DNA of 64,000 nucleotides from Spirochaetia bacterium (lineage in GTDB: Bacteria > Spirochaetota > Spirochaetia > DSM-2461), in NCBI GenBank assembly GCA_963668315.1, contig OY764216.1, positions 2,048,001 through 2,112,000 on the forward strand, written 5' to 3'. Positions 46,993 through 56,412 of the stretch are shown here, in pieces; the stretch's first letter is position 1, and every line of letters begins with the position of its first letter. The position numbers and the translations under genes were made by a program. The notes under the pieces are model-generated. The model saw only the letters and a list, made by a program, of their open reading frames with translations. It ran no database searches and was not told the origin of the DNA.

Positions 46993-47589
46993 ATGGCAAA
47001 GGTCAAGCTGACCAAAAACGAGCAGAAAAAGCAGAAGGACGCTCTGAAAATGTACACCCGCTACCTTCCCACCCTCGTCCTGAAGAAGCAGCAGCTTCAG
47101 ATGGAGATCCGCAAGGTGGAAGAGCGGGCGGCCGAAGTCAAAGCAAAGAAAGAGGCTCTGGAAGAGGAGTTTCGAAGCTGGATCGCGGTTTTCGGCGAAG
47201 AAGTGGGGCTGGACAGTTCCCTTCTTCGTGTGAAGGAGATCGTGACAACCAAAGGGAATATCGCCGGTGTGCCCATTCCCATCTTCGAAAGGGCGGAGTT
47301 CTACCCCGTCACCTACGATTTGTTCGACAAACCCCTCTGGGTGGACAAGGCCGTATCCAAACTGGAGCAGCTCATGCTGTTCGATCTGGAGTATGAAGTA
47401 TTGGAAGAGCAGGTTGACCTTTTGAATAAGGAATTACGCACCACAAGCCAGAGGGTAAACCTCTTCGAAAAGGTGATGATTCCCGAAACCAAGGCCAATA
47501 TCAAGAAAATAGGAGTATACCTGGGCGACCAGCAGACCGCTGCGGTTGTGCGGGGTAAAATCTCCAAACGCAAGTTAAAGGTGTCCTAG
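46993..47589 (+). CDS. ntpD: V/A-type ATP synthase subunit D
   Basis: LPTLVLKKQQL, TTSQRVNLFEKVMIP. Confidence 0.96.
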   Translation: MAKVKLTKNEQKKQKDALKMYTRYLPTLVLKKQQLQMEIRKVEERAAEVKAKKEALEEEFRSWIAVFGEEVGLDSSLLRVKEIVTTKGNIAGVPIPIFERAEFYPVTYDLFDKPLWVDKAVSKLEQLMLFDLEYEVLEEQVDLLNKELRTTSQRVNLFEKVMIPETKANIKKIGVYLGDQQTAAVVRGKISKRKLKVS

Positions 47590-47590
47590 T

Positions 47591-49420
47591 ATGGCTATAG
47601 TTCAAATGAAAAAAGCCACGGTGATCACCATGGATAACAACAGAGAGGACGCCCTGGAAAAGCTTCGGGCCGAAGGGGTCGTCCATCTGAAGCGGGGTAA
47701 AGCCGTATCGTCCCAGGAGCTTTCCGCCCTGGAGAGCGAACGGGCCGCCTATCAGCAGGCCATGGTCTTCCTTCCGGAAGCCGGGGTATACGCCGATATG
47801 TCGGAAAACCGTGAATACGCCCGCTCCGTGGTGGAACAGGTGCTCGAGATACACAGAACCGGAGAAGAGCTTGATGCCCGCCTTTCCGCCATCAAGGTGG
47901 AGAAGGAGCTTCTGGCTTCCTGGGACAACGTGGATCCCGAGGACCTGGCCTATCTGGAAGAGAACGACGTATACGTCCGTTTTTACCATGTGACGGCCGC
48001 CCAGTTCGATGAGTATGCCTCAGAGTACGGCCTTATGGAACTGGGAAGGGAAAAGGGCTTTATCTACGCCTGGGCCGTGAACCGGAATCCCGATCTTTTG
48101 CCCCCCATGGAATCGGTTCAGTTTCCCGCCAAGGGCGCCGAAGCCCTGGACAAGGAAGCGGACGGGATAGAAGAGACGAAGAACAACGGAAAGAGCCGCC
48201 TGGCCGAACTGGCCAAAAACCGTCCTCTCATGGACTGGTACGGTAAGGTTCTGGCCCAGGAGCTCGAGTTCGAAGAAGCCCGTCTTCTCTACGGCGACGA
48301 CGAGGGGATCAGCTATCTGACCGGGTTCGTGCCCGTGGATAAGACCGATTCCCTGAAGGAAGCGGCTCAGGAGTACAAATGGGGACTCCTCCTGGATGAT
48401 CCGGACGAGGAAGACGAGGTTCCCACCGAGCTGAAAACGGGCTGGTTCTCCTCACTTCTGAAACCGGTTCTGGATTTTCTGGGGATTCTTCCCGGATACA
48501 GGGAGTATGACATCAGCTTCTTCTTCCTGTGCTTCTTCAGTATATTTACCGGTATGCTCATCGGTGACGCGGGCTACGGAAGCATCTTCCTGGCCATAAC
48601 CATCGTCGCCATGATCGGTGTGGCGAAAAAGACCGGATCGGTCAGCCGGTATTTCTTCCTGCCCATGCTGATGAGCGTGGCCATTATTATCTGGGGTACG
48701 ATTTCGGGAACCTGGTTCGCCAGTCCCAGGATTGCGTCCCTGGCGTTCTTCGACAATCTGAAGATGGATGCCTTCCGTGTGGAAGGGGATGCCAACATCG
48801 CTCTGGTCATGGGAATCAGCTTCTTTCTGGGTATTGTTCAGCTTCTTATCGGAGTTGTTCAGAACTTCAAGAAGAACTTTCCCAAACTGTCCAGTTTCGC
48901 CCAGGTGGGATGGTTCGCCGTTCTTGTGGCTGTCTGGTACCTGATTCTGACCCTGGTTGTCAGGAGGGAAGGGCTGGAAACCTACCCCCAGCAGATGCTC
49001 TACGTGCTTCTGGGCGGCGTGGTTGTTATCTTTCTCTTCGGAGGACAGGAAGAGGGCAAGAGCTTCATCCAGGGTATTCTTAACTCCCTGGCGAACTTCC
49101 TGCAGCTCTTTCTTGATGTGGTGGCGACCTTCTCGGACCTGATGTCCTACGTCAGGCTCTTCGCCGTAGGTCTTGCCGGTGTGAAGATTGCCGAAACATT
49201 CAATCAGCTGGGCGGACAGTTTTCCGGCAGCTGGACGATCGTGTTCGGCATCATAATCATTGTTATCGGCCATACCCTGAACATCGTTCTGGGTTTGATG
49301 GCCATTCTGGTTCACGCCGTCAGGCTGAATATATTGGAATATTCCGGAAAAGTCGGTGTCGAATGGTCCGGGTTTAAATACGAGCCTTTTAAGGTTAACG
49401 TTGAAAAAAGTCAAAGATAG
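47591..49420 (+). CDS. ntpI: V/A-type ATP synthase subunit I (a)
   Basis: PGYREYD, GDAGYG, SDLMSYVRLFA, H..RLN.LE. Confidence 0.96.
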   Translation: MAIVQMKKATVITMDNNREDALEKLRAEGVVHLKRGKAVSSQELSALESERAAYQQAMVFLPEAGVYADMSENREYARSVVEQVLEIHRTGEELDARLSAIKVEKELLASWDNVDPEDLAYLEENDVYVRFYHVTAAQFDEYASEYGLMELGREKGFIYAWAVNRNPDLLPPMESVQFPAKGAEALDKEADGIEETKNNGKSRLAELAKNRPLMDWYGKVLAQELEFEEARLLYGDDEGISYLTGFVPVDKTDSLKEAAQEYKWGLLLDDPDEEDEVPTELKTGWFSSLLKPVLDFLGILPGYREYDISFFFLCFFSIFTGMLIGDAGYGSIFLAITIVAMIGVAKKTGSVSRYFFLPMLMSVAIIIWGTISGTWFASPRIASLAFFDNLKMDAFRVEGDANIALVMGISFFLGIVQLLIGVVQNFKKNFPKLSSFAQVGWFAVLVAVWYLILTLVVRREGLETYPQQMLYVLLGGVVVIFLFGGQEEGKSFIQGILNSLANFLQLFLDVVATFSDLMSYVRLFAVGLAGVKIAETFNQLGGQFSGSWTIVFGIIIIVIGHTLNIVLGLMAILVHAVRLNILEYSGKVGVEWSGFKYEPFKVNVEKSQR

Positions 49421-49434
49421 AAAGGAGAATTGAT

Positions 49435-49854
49435 ATGAGTTTTGGTATTATTGGACAGGCTGCCGCATTGGGACTGGCAGCAATAGGTTCTGCACTGGGA
49501 ACTGGTACGGCCGCTCAGGGAGCCGTGGGAGCCTGGAAGAAAGCGTTGGCCAGCAATAAGGCCCCCAGTATGCTTTTAGCCGCTTTTGTCGGTTTTCCCC
49601 TATCCCAGACCCTTTACGGCTTTCTGGTCATGCTCGTTGTTGTTCCCGCCAAGACAGGCGATATGAAACAGCTTGCCACCGGTGTGTTCGGCGGTCTCGC
49701 CATCGGTATGTCCGCCTGGCTTCAGGGACAGGCTGCCGCTGTAGCCTGTGATGCCCAGTCCGAGACGGGTAAAGGTACGGCCCAGTATGTTCTGGCTCTC
49801 GGTATCGTAGAGTCGGTAGCTATTCTGGTTCTGGCATTTCTTTTCCTTATCTAA
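49435..49854 (+). CDS. ntpK: V/A-type ATP synthase subunit K (c-ring, 4 TM)
   Basis: GSALG, PLSQTLYG, SAWLQG, GIVESVA. Confidence 0.96.
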   Translation: MSFGIIGQAAALGLAAIGSALGTGTAAQGAVGAWKKALASNKAPSMLLAAFVGFPLSQTLYGFLVMLVVVPAKTGDMKQLATGVFGGLAIGMSAWLQGQAAAVACDAQSETGKGTAQYVLALGIVESVAILVLAFLFLI

Positions 49855-49904
49855 AGGAAATCCCCTGCGGGGGTTGCCAAAAAGATTAATTTGTCTATCT
49901 AATA

Positions 49905-49937
49905 AGGGGGACAGCCTGAGGGGCTGTCCCTTTTTTT
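49905..49937 (+). terminator. Intrinsic terminator of the V-ATPase operon
   Basis: GGGACAGCC/GGCTGTCCC stem followed by 7 T. Confidence 0.88.
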
Positions 49938-49948
49938 GGGAGAGAGAC

Positions 49949-50920
49949 ATGGGAATCATAGTTAAAAAATTCACAGAAGATCATATAGAAGAGGCGGCCG
50001 CCCTCTTTCTCGGGGTTTACTCATGGGAGAGGGAGGTGAACCCCCTGCTTCCCTCCCATCTCCTTAGTGATTCCGATATTATCGTTAATGCCCTGAGGCT
50101 GCTCGCTCAGACGGGCCCGGGGGTTTCTCTTTTTTCGGAGGGAAAACTGATCGCCTATATGGTCACCGGCGACAGATTCACTTTCAAGGGACAGAAAGCG
50201 GCGCTTATTCCCGAGTTCGCCCACGGAGCGGCCATCGATATGGAAATCTCCTGGAGCCGTCTTTACGGCCAGATGTACAAAGAGCTGGCCGGACAATGGC
50301 GTAAGGAGGGGATAGCCCTTCATCTGATCGGATTCCTGGCCCACGATCAGGAGCTTAAGGAGATTCTGTTCCAGCTCGGATTCGGGGCCATCATAGCCGA
50401 ACGAATCAGAGACCTTTCGGAGATTCCCGTCGTGGGGGAGAGGCAGATCGAAAGGATCGGCGATCCCGAGGAGCTTCTGGCCATTCACAGGGAGCACCAC
50501 GCTTTTTATCCCGATTCTCCGGTATTCATCGAAAAATCCCTCCGTGAGGACGAGCTCCTGACCGATCTTCAGGGATTCAATGACGAGGGGGATGCCCTGT
50601 TCGTCTTCAGAATGGAGAATGAGATCGGCGCCTACATGGTCGTAGGGGAGTCCTCAAAGCATGAGGAAGGCTTTCTTCTCAGAAATACCAATACGGCGCA
50701 GATCAAATCAGCCTTTGTTAAACCGGAACTGAGAGGGCAGGGCATCGCTTCGGCCCTGCTGGCCCGTACGGTAAAGTGGGCCCGGGAAGAGGGGTTCGAT
50801 GCCCTTTTCGTTGAGCATGAAACGGCCAATCTGTGCGCATCGACTTTCTGGAGCAAGTATTTTGACCCCTATCTGTATTTTGCCATGAGGTATATTGATA
50901 ATTCTCCGACCCCGGTATAG
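49949..50920 (+). CDS. Tandem-domain GNAT acetyltransferase
   Basis: C-terminal FV.PELRGQGIA..LL, N..A..FW. Confidence 0.85.
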   Translation: MGIIVKKFTEDHIEEAAALFLGVYSWEREVNPLLPSHLLSDSDIIVNALRLLAQTGPGVSLFSEGKLIAYMVTGDRFTFKGQKAALIPEFAHGAAIDMEISWSRLYGQMYKELAGQWRKEGIALHLIGFLAHDQELKEILFQLGFGAIIAERIRDLSEIPVVGERQIERIGDPEELLAIHREHHAFYPDSPVFIEKSLREDELLTDLQGFNDEGDALFVFRMENEIGAYMVVGESSKHEEGFLLRNTNTAQIKSAFVKPELRGQGIASALLARTVKWAREEGFDALFVEHETANLCASTFWSKYFDPYLYFAMRYIDNSPTPV

Positions 50921-50930
50921 ACTGTTTCTC

Positions 50931-51353
50931 ATGAATAAACCGATGTTGATTGAAGCCGATATACGCATTAAGGCTTATGAGATCGATTCCATGGGAATTG
51001 TATCGAATATTGAATATATCAAGTGGTTTGAAGACCTGCGCCATCTTTTTCTGGATAAGTATTACCCCTACGACAGGATGGTGAAGGATAACTTATCCCC
51101 CGTTCTCCTCAAGACGGAGGCGGAGTATAAGTCGGCCCTTACGATTCATGATTACCCCAAAGGCCGTCTTTGGGTCACAAAATTCGGAACCTTTAAGTGG
51201 GAGATGTCCTTTGAGATCTATACGGATGAGAAAATCCATTGCCGGGGTAGACAGAAAGGCTGCTTCCTGGATCTGGAAAAACAGTGTCCCGCTCCCAGTC
51301 CGAAAATCCTTCTGGACAGGTATGAGCAGGAAACAAGCGGCGTCAGTTCATGA
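50931..51353 (+). CDS. Acyl-CoA thioesterase (4HBT/YbgC-like)
   Basis: YEIDSMGIVSN.EY.KWFE..R. Confidence 0.9.
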   Translation: MNKPMLIEADIRIKAYEIDSMGIVSNIEYIKWFEDLRHLFLDKYYPYDRMVKDNLSPVLLKTEAEYKSALTIHDYPKGRLWVTKFGTFKWEMSFEIYTDEKIHCRGRQKGCFLDLEKQCPAPSPKILLDRYEQETSGVSS

Positions 51354-51892
51354 TTGACAGACCGGAAAGGTTACTGGAAACGGAGCGGCTGTATCTCAGA
51401 GAACTCTCTCCCGATGACAGTCATGAACTTCGGAAAATCCTCAGTGATCCCGAATCCATGAAGTATTATCCCGCCCCCTTCTCGGAGGAGAAAGTCGAGA
51501 AATGGATCTCCTGGAACAGGGAAAACTATCGGCTTTACGGGCATGGTCTTTGGGCCGTCATTCTCAAGGAGGGAGGGACTTTCCTGGGAGACTGCGGTAT
51601 CACCATGCAGGAGATAGAAGGCAGAAAGCTGCCCGAGGTCGGCTACCATATTAAAAAAGAGTACGGGCGAAAGGGGTATGCGACCGAAGCGGCCCGGGCC
51701 TGCATGGAATATGCATTTACCCGTTTTGATTATGAATCGCTCTATACCTACACAAAATTCGATAATTACCCCTCCCGGCGGGTGGCGGAAAAAAACAGTA
51801 TGAAGTTCGTCAAGTTTTTTCAAAAAAAAATGGATGGGGAAGATATAAAGGAAGCCCTTTACCGCTTTGACAGGAAGGATATGATCCTGTGA
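51350..51892 (+). CDS. GNAT N-acetyltransferase (RimJ/RimL-type)
   Basis: LETERL.LR, GDCG, EVGY, GKGYATEAA-like, N..SRRVAEK. Confidence 0.92.
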   Translation: MIDRPERLLETERLYLRELSPDDSHELRKILSDPESMKYYPAPFSEEKVEKWISWNRENYRLYGHGLWAVILKEGGTFLGDCGITMQEIEGRKLPEVGYHIKKEYGRKGYATEAARACMEYAFTRFDYESLYTYTKFDNYPSRRVAEKNSMKFVKFFQKKMDGEDIKEALYRFDRKDMIL

Positions 51893-52230
51893 CCGTGAAT
51901 GTCTACAGTCCCGATGGTAACGCCTCCCAAATAGAGGGATTTACCATCGTAGTGGATGTATTACGGGCCTTTTCCACGGCCTATTACATCGATGCCGACA
52001 ATCCCCGAATGCCGCCTGGCGGGAGAGCGGCAGGGAAGGCACGGCTTTTCGGAGAAGAGGACTACCTTTTCGCCGGTTATTTCAAAGAAAGGCTCCTGGA
52101 AGGACGGCCCGATTTCAATTCAATCGTAATGCGGTTAAGAAAGGGAAGCGGAAAGGGTTTCCTCGAACCGGGGTTCGCCCCCTACACTGATTTCCTGCAC
52201 AGTCTCGACGTGGGAGAACTGATATTATGA
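51889..52230 (+). pseudogene. Remnant of 2-phosphosulfolactate phosphatase (ComB-like) with internal deletions
   Basis: N-terminal VVDVLRAFST and C-terminal EED.L.A / D...LD motifs in frame; LAGER motif present only in the +1 frame (52004-52051); about half the usual length. Confidence 0.75.
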
Positions 52231-53012
52231 GAAAATCTCTGATTTACCCCCTCGATGACAATATCGTCATTTCCTACTCGGATAATTCTGTCAAACTTTC
52301 GGAAAGAACCCGTAAGATCATAGGGGATCATTGGCAGAAAAAGATCCGCGATAATCCCCACCTCTTCAACGGTACGGTTCTGAGCCTGGGGAATCTCTAT
52401 ATTTCCCGCGGCAAGGTCCGGCTCTCATTCATGAAAACCGATTATGCCCACTATCTGGCATCCGAAGCTTTTCTGCTTCCTTCACCGGAAAGCTGCCGGT
52501 CCTTTTATGTTTCCGCAGTAATTGAAACGGAGGATAATTATACCGCCTTCGCCAGAATGGGAAAAAACAGCTTTGAACCCGGCCGGTATCAGTATATCGG
52601 GGGAGGACTGGATATGACCCATATCTCCGGAACCGGAATAGACTGCCGGTCGTGTCTGGCGAATGAGCTTAAGGAGGAGCTGGGAATTAATCCGGATGAT
52701 CCTCATCAAACGTCATCAATCAGGCCCTTGTTCTTTAGTTTCGGAAGGGATAAATACAAGCTGTCGGCGATTTATCATGTTAAGCTGAAAATGGATTCCC
52801 ATCATTTGAAACAGAGGCTTTCCATCCATAACAGGGCCCTTGTCAAGGAGAATAGAACTCCGGAAGTTCACTCCTTTGTCTTTGCCCGCAAGTCGGATTT
52901 CCGGGATTTCTTCCGGACCGGTCAGAACCGAACTGTTGATGAGAACCTGTATTCCTCCCTGGACTCATTCTATTCGGGTAAGGTGGAAAGGGATTACTCC
53001 CTGATCACGTAG
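52227..53012 (+). CDS. NUDIX-like hypothetical protein
   Basis: LFNG, TDYAHY, PG.Y...GG..D, ELKEELGI. Confidence 0.7.
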   Translation: MRKSLIYPLDDNIVISYSDNSVKLSERTRKIIGDHWQKKIRDNPHLFNGTVLSLGNLYISRGKVRLSFMKTDYAHYLASEAFLLPSPESCRSFYVSAVIETEDNYTAFARMGKNSFEPGRYQYIGGGLDMTHISGTGIDCRSCLANELKEELGINPDDPHQTSSIRPLFFSFGRDKYKLSAIYHVKLKMDSHHLKQRLSIHNRALVKENRTPEVHSFVFARKSDFRDFFRTGQNRTVDENLYSSLDSFYSGKVERDYSLIT

Positions 53013-53193
53013 AAAAGCGGTATGCGGGACTATCTGCCTGGAGAAGGGTAATCCCTCATCCCTTTTCTCACCCGATCGTCCCTGAAAAAGAAAAAATCCT
53101 TATGGAAGGCGAATAAAGCGTGTTATTATAGGGGCCGTAGAAATGGATGAAATGAGAAAGACAGCTGTTTCGTTCATTCCTAAGGAGTGTGTT

Positions 53194-53733
53194 ATGAGAT
53201 TACAGACCGAGAGATTGATAATCAGCCACCCCCGTAAGAAGGATGCCTTCGACGTATATGCCCATAGGACCGATATCCGGGCAAATATCTTCACCGGCGG
53301 CGTTCCCAGTCTATCATGGCCCGATTTTGAAGCGAGTTATCAGGCTCGCTGTGACAGGAAAGACGCAAAAAAAGAGCATCTTTACTCTGTCATTCTGAAG
53401 CAATCGGATAAATACATAGGCTATTGCGGTTTCCAGTACTGTGATACATTGGGGGGCGTGGAGCTTCTGTACGGATATTCCTCCCACTACTGGGGAAACG
53501 GCTATGCCCTGGAGGCGGCAGAGGCTATGCTCTCTTACGGATTTGATTCTCTGGGCTATGAATCGATTGAAGCGGCTGTGAATCCGAAGAATCCCGGTTC
53601 CGAGAGAATCCTGGTAAAAATCGGCATGACCTTTATTTCTGAAATAGAGTGGCCTGAACAGGGCCTCGTGCATAAATACGCTATCACGAAGGAGGAGTTC
53701 GACCGCCGAACTGTTCCCGGAGGAAGCCTGTGA
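53194..53733 (+). CDS. GNAT N-acetyltransferase (RimJ/RimL-type)
   Basis: LQTERL, YWGNGYA.EAA, N..SERIL.K.GM; AAGGAG RBS. Confidence 0.9.
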   Translation: MRLQTERLIISHPRKKDAFDVYAHRTDIRANIFTGGVPSLSWPDFEASYQARCDRKDAKKEHLYSVILKQSDKYIGYCGFQYCDTLGGVELLYGYSSHYWGNGYALEAAEAMLSYGFDSLGYESIEAAVNPKNPGSERILVKIGMTFISEIEWPEQGLVHKYAITKEEFDRRTVPGGSL

Positions 53734-54179
53734 TTGAGGATTTTATACCCGGTCAGGAGGAGGCGCTCTCACCTATGATTCAGAAAATATTCGACGAATT
53801 CATCGGTGGGGAATACTCCCGGGAAGGAAAGGAAACTTTCCGCCGGTTTATCGATTCCTCCGCATTGAGGGAGAGGTTCGAAGGGGGAAACATAATCCTC
53901 GTCGCCCGGAAAGAAGAAAGGATCATCGGTATCATAGAGATACGGGATATGAGCCATGTCTGTCTGTTTTTTGTCGATTCCGATTTCCACGGCAGAGGGA
54001 TCGGACGGCAGTTAATGGATGAGGCGGTTAAGCGTATTTCCGGCAAATCCTCCTTTCTCACCGTCAGATCCTCTACTTATGCCCTGCCGGCCTATGAAAA
54101 GCTTGGATTCACGAGAACGGGGGAGGAGCAGAGGCAGGACGGTATTCTCTCCATTCCCATGAAACGGTTGTTCCCGTGA
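53730..54179 (+). CDS. GNAT N-acetyltransferase
   Basis: FFV...FHGRGIGRQL, SSTYA.PAYEKLGF. Confidence 0.9.
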   Translation: MIEDFIPGQEEALSPMIQKIFDEFIGGEYSREGKETFRRFIDSSALRERFEGGNIILVARKEERIIGIIEIRDMSHVCLFFVDSDFHGRGIGRQLMDEAVKRISGKSSFLTVRSSTYALPAYEKLGFTRTGEEQRQDGILSIPMKRLFP

Positions 54180-54273
54180 GTGACTGCTCCGGCGGCCTTT
54201 CAGCTTCACAATAAATACAAAACTAAATTGATGATGAATATTAAAAGCGTGGTATAATGCTCTTTACAAAACG

Positions 54274-54468
54274 ATGTTAATTTTTCGTAAATCCGACAGC
54301 GACCATCTGATCCTTCAGGATCCTCTGACCCATCTGAAAAGGAGCCTATCCCCTGATGAGGCGGATGAGGTTATACGATTTATCCCCCAGCTCCGCGATC
54401 CCAAGGTTGATTCCTGGCTCATCACCGACCTGCCTTCGGAACTGGAAAAAATGCGGAGTCGGGATTGA
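54274..54468 (+). CDS. Small hypothetical protein (64 aa)
   Basis: Preceded by extended -10 TGGTATAAT (about 54251-54259); no recognised motif. Confidence 0.45.
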   Translation: MLIFRKSDSDHLILQDPLTHLKRSLSPDEADEVIRFIPQLRDPKVDSWLITDLPSELEKMRSRD

Positions 54469-54550
54469 CCGGGACGGAGTTTCATCGGCTTCTGGGATGA
54501 ACTTCTCTGCTTTTAACAGGAAATTCGTTCCCGATTTTTCCAGCGGCAGT

Positions 54551-55015
54551 TCAGCTCAGCTTTTTCTCCATGCATACCGATTCGCTCATCTGCACGTAGG
54601 GACCGTAATTGTCCCTTACTTGGAAACCGATGGATTTATAGAGACCCATGGCTGTTTTCAGAATATTTCCCGTCTCAAGGTAAAACGTATCGTATCCGGC
54701 TTTGAGCGCCTTCTTTTCAAGTTCTCCCATAAGTTTTTTTGAGAGTCCCCGTCCCCGGTATTCGTCCCTGACGAATACCCTCTTAATTTCGGCAATTCCC
54801 TTCCCATAAAATTTGAAGCTTCCGCAAGCCACGGGCGTTTTCTCGTCATAGATAAGCACCACGTCATGAATATCATTCAGCTGGTTGTACTGATCGTATT
54901 GCTCCCTCTGGATCGCTCCTCCCACCGCCTCATTAAGATGGGCATCGAGAAGCCGGCATAAACTGATAAAGTCCGGATCTCCTCCGTCCGTATGTACTAT
55001 TTTCAACTTTACCAT
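54551..55015 (-). CDS. GNAT N-acetyltransferase
   Basis: EIKRVFV..EYRGRGLS, LETG, A..LY...GF....YGPY....SVCMEK. Confidence 0.92.
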   Translation of the reverse strand: MVKLKIVHTDGGDPDFISLCRLLDAHLNEAVGGAIQREQYDQYNQLNDIHDVVLIYDEKTPVACGSFKFYGKGIAEIKRVFVRDEYRGRGLSKKLMGELEKKALKAGYDTFYLETGNILKTAMGLYKSIGFQVRDNYGPYVQMSESVCMEKKLS

Positions 55016-55017
55016 GG

Positions 55018-55815
55018 TTATCCTCTCTTTCGGCAAATAACAAGATTATGACAGCTGGCTCCGAGACTGGAAGGAAGCTCCGCCATATGGAAATGGAACT
55101 GCCGCAAATCAGAGAATTCCTCTTCACCCATCTCTTCCACCCGCTTCTTGAACATGGTGTAAGGGCCGTCGGCAGCCACATGGGAGAGAAGGGCAATATC
55201 ATGGCAGGAGAGCTCCTCTTCCATGATTTCCGGGGTGGAAAAGTAGCTGATATTCATGAAATCATCGGGGAATCTGTGATTTTCCCATGCTTCCGATTCC
55301 ATCGCCTGATAATCGTCCTTACCGAAAACGATTCCCAGGGACTGCATATAGGCGAGGGCGAAAACCCGGTTGATATAGGCAAAGGCTATTATCCCCCCGG
55401 TTTTGGTTATTCTAACCGCTTCTCCGATGCTTCGGTCCCGATCCGCCCTGTTCCGCAGATGGTAAAGAGGCCCGAGGCACAGGGTGGCATCAAACTGATT
55501 ATCCCCGATGGTTTCCATATCCTTCGCATCAAGCTCCCGGCATTGAAGGTTTTCCGTCTGTTCCGCCTCTATCAGCTTCCCGATAGCGAGGACGTTTTCC
55601 CGTACGATATCCGTTGCCAGTACTTTGTGACCCAGTCGTGAGAAGTAACAGGAATAAACACCGTGGCCCGCTCCGAGTTCAATGATTTTGCATTCGGGCT
55701 TTATAAATTTCTCAATAAAGCGGCAGGTCGTATGGAACTCCAGGGAATTGGCCCTGGAAGAGAATAATCTGTCCCCTTCGATGGTGTTGCTGTAATGGAA
55801 ATCGAGAGCTGTCAT
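55018..55815 (-). CDS. Class I SAM-dependent methyltransferase
   Basis: IIELGAGHG, FD..LCLGPLYHL; promoter TTGTCA-17-TAATAT 5 nt from the ATG. Confidence 0.9.
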   Translation of the reverse strand: MTALDFHYSNTIEGDRLFSSRANSLEFHTTCRFIEKFIKPECKIIELGAGHGVYSCYFSRLGHKVLATDIVRENVLAIGKLIEAEQTENLQCRELDAKDMETIGDNQFDATLCLGPLYHLRNRADRDRSIGEAVRITKTGGIIAFAYINRVFALAYMQSLGIVFGKDDYQAMESEAWENHRFPDDFMNISYFSTPEIMEEELSCHDIALLSHVAADGPYTMFKKRVEEMGEEEFSDLRQFHFHMAELPSSLGASCHNLVICRKRG

Positions 55816-55872
55816 ATCATATATTACATTCGCCGTTTATTAATGACAACGGGAAATAGTAACTTTATTCCC

Positions 55873-56301
55873 TTAAAGTACCTTTTCAAGAAGGCGGACC
55901 GCTGTTTCCACGCAGGGAGCGCAGATACTCTGCTTCAAGCCGTTCTCCTGGAAATAAGCTTCTCCCTCTTCGGTCAGGAAGTCGCAGCCTGTCAGCTCTC
56001 TGCACTCCGCCGATCCATGAATCCCCTCGAAGCTTTTGGTAAATTCCCGGACCTTCAGATACTGGCTGTCCCTCTCTTCCTTGCTCTCCGCGACGGGAGT
56101 CGTAAGGCCGATTACCATATAGGCGCCGGTCAGAGCTCCGCAGGTGTACTGCTGCCGGCTCATGCCCGAACCGAAGGAGGAGGCAGACCTTTTTATCTGA
56201 TCTTCATTTAGGTCGATTTTATCCTGAAAAGCCAGAACCACAGACTGGGCGCAGCTGCAGCCGTTATTGAAGAACTCAATCGCTTTTTCGCTTTTTTCCA
56301 T
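55873..56301 (-). CDS. C_GCAxxG_C_C family putative redox protein
   Basis: SCAQSV, FG.GM...TCGALTG, CREL.G, C..CV; ATG 56301 with GGAG RBS. Confidence 0.9.
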   Translation of the reverse strand: MEKSEKAIEFFNNGCSCAQSVVLAFQDKIDLNEDQIKRSASSFGSGMSRQQYTCGALTGAYMVIGLTTPVAESKEERDSQYLKVREFTKSFEGIHGSAECRELTGCDFLTEEGEAYFQENGLKQSICAPCVETAVRLLEKVL

Positions 56302-56412
56302 ATTCCTCTCCTGCATCATTCTTACCCGGTTAGCCGCAAATTGTAAATAGCTTTTTTTTCGTTGACCGGTGGAATTATTCTCTTTATAGTAATCAGCGGA
56401 GAGTTTACTGTT

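Noticed and set aside
49949..54468. Integron cassette array
   Set aside because: Genes overlap or abut, leaving no room for attC sites, and no intI is present.
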